This document shows, piece after piece, positions 60,064 to 64,000 of a stretch of 64,000 nt of DNA. The translations under genes were made by a program, and so were the position numbers. The stretch is taken from positions 128,001-192,000 of the forward strand of contig CAWBAT010000005.1 in assembly GCA_963786955.1 (NCBI GenBank), read 5' to 3'. Each line of letters opens with the position of its first letter. Within the stretch, counting starts at the first letter, position 1. Source of the stretch: an uncultured Acidimicrobiia bacterium. Its GTDB lineage: Bacteria > Acidobacteriota > Terriglobia > Versatilivoradales > Versatilivoraceae. Below the pieces are notes generated by a model, which was not told where the DNA came from, ran no database searches, and saw only the letters and a program-made list of their open reading frames with translations.

Positions 60064-61098
60064 TTAGTATCCGGAGGTGTGGTTGTTTAAGCCGAGGTTG
60101 ATGATTTTCTTGAGCAAGCATTCGTATTTAACCCCGGAGTGTTCGGCAGCCTGGGAAAAATCTTCGCCACAAGAAATATCAGGATTGGGATTGGCCTCCA
60201 GCAAATAGATTTGGCCATCTTCGGTCAAGCGATAGTCGAGCCGGGCATAGCCACTCAGGCTCAAGATTCGATAAATCCGCTTCGAAATATGAACGAATTT
60301 TTTCTGCAGCTCTGGAGTGAGTTCTGCCGCCCTGGTGATTACTCCGAGCTTCTCCTGATAAGCGTTGTCCCATTTGAGTTTGCTGGTCGCGATATAAGGG
60401 GCGCCCTCTGGAAGCTTGGTGATGATGAGCTCCCAGGGTGTATAGGTTTGCAAGTGCTGGTTGCCGATGACAGCCACATAGATTTCCCGTCCATCAATGT
60501 ATTGTTCGGCAATGGCGGGCGTGTTCGTTTGTCTGTGGACCAGCTTGACGCGTTCTTCTAACTTCTCGTCATCGTGCACCAGAGAGGCTTGGGAGATGCA
60601 AGCCGAACCTTCTTCGCTCAGTGATTTTACTAGGATGGGAAATTTGAGGCTCTTAGGCCGGCGTACTTTCCGATTGACTGGAAAAACGGCAAAGCTCGGA
60701 ACTTGAATACGGTGATAGGCCAGAATTTTTTTGGATAGGGCTTTGTCATGAGCCAGGGTCAACCCGCGTGGGTTACAGCCGGTATAAGATTGCTTCACCA
60801 GCTCCAGGAAACTAACGACGTGCTGATCATAGACCGCGTAGCCGTTGAATTCTTCCAGCAGGTTAAAGATGACGTGAGGCTTCTTCTCTTCCAATCCCTT
60901 TCGAATGGTGCCCAAATCGTCGTAGATGCCGATTGGTACTGCCTCGTGGCCCATTTTTCGAAGTGTAGAGATTACGTCAAATTCAGTCTTCCAAGGCTGG
61001 ATCTGGGCTTCCGTCAAACCTTCAATGGAGTCCGGGGGAACCAGCCCTTCTCGCACCATCACCAGGACTCGGAGTCCTTTTTTAACCTTGTCACTCAT
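60064..61098 (-). CDS. D-Ala-D-Ala ligase-like ATP-grasp enzyme
   Basis: FNLLEE, YTG, DKALSK, FPILVK, EQYIDGRE, GYARLDYR, LEANPNP. Confidence 0.9.
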   Translation of the reverse strand: MSDKVKKGLRVLVMVREGLVPPDSIEGLTEAQIQPWKTEFDVISTLRKMGHEAVPIGIYDDLGTIRKGLEEKKPHVIFNLLEEFNGYAVYDQHVVSFLELVKQSYTGCNPRGLTLAHDKALSKKILAYHRIQVPSFAVFPVNRKVRRPKSLKFPILVKSLSEEGSACISQASLVHDDEKLEERVKLVHRQTNTPAIAEQYIDGREIYVAVIGNQHLQTYTPWELIITKLPEGAPYIATSKLKWDNAYQEKLGVITRAAELTPELQKKFVHISKRIYRILSLSGYARLDYRLTEDGQIYLLEANPNPDISCGEDFSQAAEHSGVKYECLLKKIINLGLNNHTSGY

Positions 61099-62189
61099 AC
61101 GGCAATTCTAAAATAGCCCGATTGGATGACGTTCATCGTCTGTACTTTCAATAGCGCCATCGTCTTGGCCTTGGCCTGACTCTCTGGTATGGCCACTCTT
61201 AGCTGCAGTTTCCGGGAACGATCAATCATGTCCTGAAGAAGTTGGTTGATCGTATAGGGGTGGACCCCAGTCCGCTCAGACACGCCTTCACAAATCTCGC
61301 GATTCACCGTGCGCAAGAATGCGGCTGCGCTCGGGCGCGCCGCGTGAAACGGCGCAGAGGAAAAAATACGATAAAGCCCTCGATCGTAGGACGTCGGCCA
61401 TTCAAAAGCATAATGCTGACACTTTTGCTGGTAATGTTCTCGCAAGGTTCGCTTAATCTCCGCCAAGGGCTCCACCCGGTGTCGGCGTCTGTTCTTTGGA
61501 GCAGTCTCCACAATTTCAGCCATCAGTTGTTCGATATACTCGAGCTTCCGCAGCGCCGGCCAGCCTTGGTAACGACGACGCCACCGTGATCGTGGGGTTA
61601 ACCAAACGGCAAAAGTTTCGGCGAAGTCCTCCGCCGGATGAACCTGAGCGTACCAAGCATTCAAGTGCAAGACATGGCGACGGCTGCTCGCCTTGGGTTT
61701 ATAAGAATCAGGATAAGGCTGGGTAAATGAACCGAAATGTTCGCGCCATTGACGTCTGTAATGAAGACGAAAAGCGTTGTCAAGGACGTGCCCGGCCTCA
61801 TGGCGCAAGATCCGCATACATTCTGTATCGGTACCTCCTTCGACTTGATGCATTTTTTTCCGTTCCAATTTCATCAAGCGGGGATGAGCTAGATAAAATG
61901 GGATCGCAATGCCGGGGACTCCATCCGGGGAAAACCACTCTTCCGAAAACCAGGTGTGGGGCTTTAAACGGATCCCGCGCTCAGCCAGTTCACCATACAA
62001 CCGGTTGACTCGTTCCTCCATCACGCTGCCTTCAATCTTTAAAGGCAAATCACACAGGCGAACTTCGAGCAACTCCTCATCTCCTAAATCTTCCCACCCA
62101 AGTTTGCGGTTCACGTTTTTGAATTCCCTTCGTGTTTGATTTTTGAAGATCCACATGATTAGAAAAACGGCGTCGCGGAAATCCGTCAT
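61095..62189 (-). CDS. Putative zinc-binding metallopeptidase (Peptidase_Mx-like)
   Basis: IAIPFYLAHPRL, ILRHEAGH, YAQVHPAEDFAETFAVW; ATGA-coupled to the ligase; start uncertain. Confidence 0.85.
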   Translation of the reverse strand: MTDFRDAVFLIMWIFKNQTRREFKNVNRKLGWEDLGDEELLEVRLCDLPLKIEGSVMEERVNRLYGELAERGIRLKPHTWFSEEWFSPDGVPGIAIPFYLAHPRLMKLERKKMHQVEGGTDTECMRILRHEAGHVLDNAFRLHYRRQWREHFGSFTQPYPDSYKPKASSRRHVLHLNAWYAQVHPAEDFAETFAVWLTPRSRWRRRYQGWPALRKLEYIEQLMAEIVETAPKNRRRHRVEPLAEIKRTLREHYQQKCQHYAFEWPTSYDRGLYRIFSSAPFHAARPSAAAFLRTVNREICEGVSERTGVHPYTINQLLQDMIDRSRKLQLRVAIPESQAKAKTMALLKVQTMNVIQSGYFRIAV

Positions 62190-62459
62190 CCAAAAATTAT
62201 TCTCATGGACGGTCGAGCTCTCGCGAGACCGGATTCTCTACAGACCTGGAGGCCTGTCACTACTAAGCAGCGTCGCAAAGTTCCGCCCTCCAGATACGAT
62301 ATCACTTCGGAGGATCGAATTCACTTTCACCAGCCTACCTCGTTCCCTGCCCATTGTAACCCACAAGTTCTTCGGCAGAAACCGGCTGGCAGACCGTGAA
62401 TGGAGCAACCCCTTACACTACTTAGTGTTAACCCGTGCAAATAAAGAGAATCCCGTTGT

Positions 62460-63785
62460 TCAAGCCTGCTCCTGAGGCATCCGAAGCCCACAAACCAATG
62501 CAGCGCTCATAAAGAAGCAGCAGGAGAGAAAGATGACTGTTGTCCTGTAAGAATAGCCCTGCGATAAGAGGTTGCCGACAATATAGGGGCCCAAGAAAGA
62601 GCCCAGGGCGCTAAATATGTTGATTAATCCCGTGGCGGCCGCAGCGGACTGGCCAAGAATCAGACTCGGCAAAATCCAAAACGTAACGCCCCAGGACATC
62701 GACATGCCGCCGGTAAGGCATAGAAATAGAAATACGATCGGAAAGGGCAACCCCGGGAGAGCGCTGATCATGAAAAATATCCCTGCCATCACAAAGGGAA
62801 TCATCGTATGCAATTTGCGTTTTCCGGTACGATCCGAAGATTTCGCAAATAATGTAAGGGAGACCATCGCGCAGGCAAAAGGTAAGGCAGAAAGCACGGT
62901 GGAGGAAAATATCGATAGTCCCGACTGATTCTTGATGGTCGTGGGGAGCCAGAGGACAAATGCAAAAATTCCAATATTTCCAAAGAAAGTCGTAAACGCC
63001 ATCAAGATAACATTCCGTTGGCTCAGGCCTTTCCAGATCGACAAGTGACCCGATTTCTTCTTGTGTCTTTTTTCTTCTTCGAGGAGAGACGCCATCCACT
63101 CCCGTTCCTCGAGAGTGAGCCATTTGGCCTGCTTGGGATGGTCCGTCATATAAAACAAAGTTATGATGCCGCAGAGGATCGCCGGGAGACCTTCGAGAAT
63201 GAAGACCCACCGCCAGCCTGGAAGATCAAACCAATTGAGTCGCATGATGTAGGCTGATAGGGGAGCTCCAAAGACCAGGGAGGCAGGAGCTGCCATTGTA
63301 AAACCGGCCATCGCTTTGGCCCGGTCGCTGGTGTAGAACCAATGACTCAAATAAACCACGATGCCTGGAAAAAACCCCCCTTCGGCGACGCCCAGAAGAG
63401 TTCGGGTAATGTAAAACTGTGAACTGGTATGGACAAATCCGACGAGAATCGTGCAGAGCCCCCAGGTAATGAGGATCCTGGCCATCCACAGCCTGGCACT
63501 CCAGCGTTCCACAATGATGGCCCCTGGAATTTCCATCAGCAGATAACCGATAAAAAAGATACCCGCGCCAAGGCCATAGACGGCCTCAGAAAATCCCAGG
63601 TCCGATGCCATCGTCAGCTTGGCAAATGCGACGTTGGCCCGGTCGAGGTACGCAACGACATAGAGGATAAAAACAAAGGGCACGATCCGTCGAAAGATCT
63701 TCCTTCGAGTGCGATTGGCGACAACGTCTTCCGGGTCGCTCGTGCCGTTTGGAGACAAAGGACTCACTTGATTTCTCACTCTCAA
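62460..63785 (-). CDS. MFS transporter (ACS family)
   Basis: YLDRANVAFA, GIFFIGY..EIP, LGVAEGGFFPG, GWRWVFILEGLP. Confidence 0.93.
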   Translation of the reverse strand: MRVRNQVSPLSPNGTSDPEDVVANRTRRKIFRRIVPFVFILYVVAYLDRANVAFAKLTMASDLGFSEAVYGLGAGIFFIGYLLMEIPGAIIVERWSARLWMARILITWGLCTILVGFVHTSSQFYITRTLLGVAEGGFFPGIVVYLSHWFYTSDRAKAMAGFTMAAPASLVFGAPLSAYIMRLNWFDLPGWRWVFILEGLPAILCGIITLFYMTDHPKQAKWLTLEEREWMASLLEEEKRHKKKSGHLSIWKGLSQRNVILMAFTTFFGNIGIFAFVLWLPTTIKNQSGLSIFSSTVLSALPFACAMVSLTLFAKSSDRTGKRKLHTMIPFVMAGIFFMISALPGLPFPIVFLFLCLTGGMSMSWGVTFWILPSLILGQSAAAATGLINIFSALGSFLGPYIVGNLLSQGYSYRTTVIFLSCCFFMSAALVCGLRMPQEQA

Positions 63786-63872
63786 GACCTGTTGTTTGAA
63801 ACTGTTCTCTTCGATTCAGAGCAACTGAGCACCGTTACAAACGAAACAAATAATGCTATGAAGCCGGCAACG

Positions 63873-64000
63873 CCCCCACTCCCCTTCCCCTCTCCCCCGC
63901 TTTGGGAGGACGTTTCGCCGAATCCGAGGACTCTGAGGCGGGGGAGAGGGAGGTCATTCGGATGTTCATTCACCCCAGGGCGGCGCGCTCAGGCGCTTGC
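63873..64000. repeat. Composite REP unit (ctctccccc hairpin plus cccagggcggcgcg)
   Basis: Same layout as 53638-54270 but with a short loop; runs off the window end. Confidence 0.65.

Overview
A 64-kb bacterial chromosomal window. The gene set (DUF1549/DUF1553 plus DUF1501 pair, standalone PolB, REP-rich intergenic DNA) suggests Acidobacteriota or a PVC-like lineage; this is an inference. 0.3-12.8 kb: ACT-domain malic enzyme followed by an Ehr (energy-converting hydrogenase-related) operon with duplicated hyfB, a large subunit lacking Ni ligands, and a SAM methyltransferase coupled inside the operon. 13-33 kb: housekeeping genes (YtxH, uvrC, POTRA protein, heterodimeric ABC exporter, M16 peptidase pair, orphan nuoBC, folB, PolB, DUF1549/1553 and DUF1501). 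38.6-47.5 kb: tRNA-Lys(CTT) carrying an 8.8-kb integrated element bounded by a perfect 45-bp att repeat. It encodes integrase, a Zn-finger protein, an Xis/AlpA-like HTH, a primase-DUF3987 replicase, iteron-like repeats, a cos-like site and a P27-family small terminase, but no capsid or large terminase. This is a candidate PICI-like phage satellite with HIRAN and HsdR-N nuclease cargo, and a relic integrase follows it. 48-64 kb: accessory genes (PIG-L deacetylase, PLP decarboxylase, sigma54-driven mddA with a GAF-PAS activator, FHA-MinD-glutaminase, ATP-grasp plus Zn-peptidase, MFS) and nested MITE/REP mosaics. Several single-base homopolymer frameshifts may be sequencing errors. All calls come from reading motifs; no searches were run.
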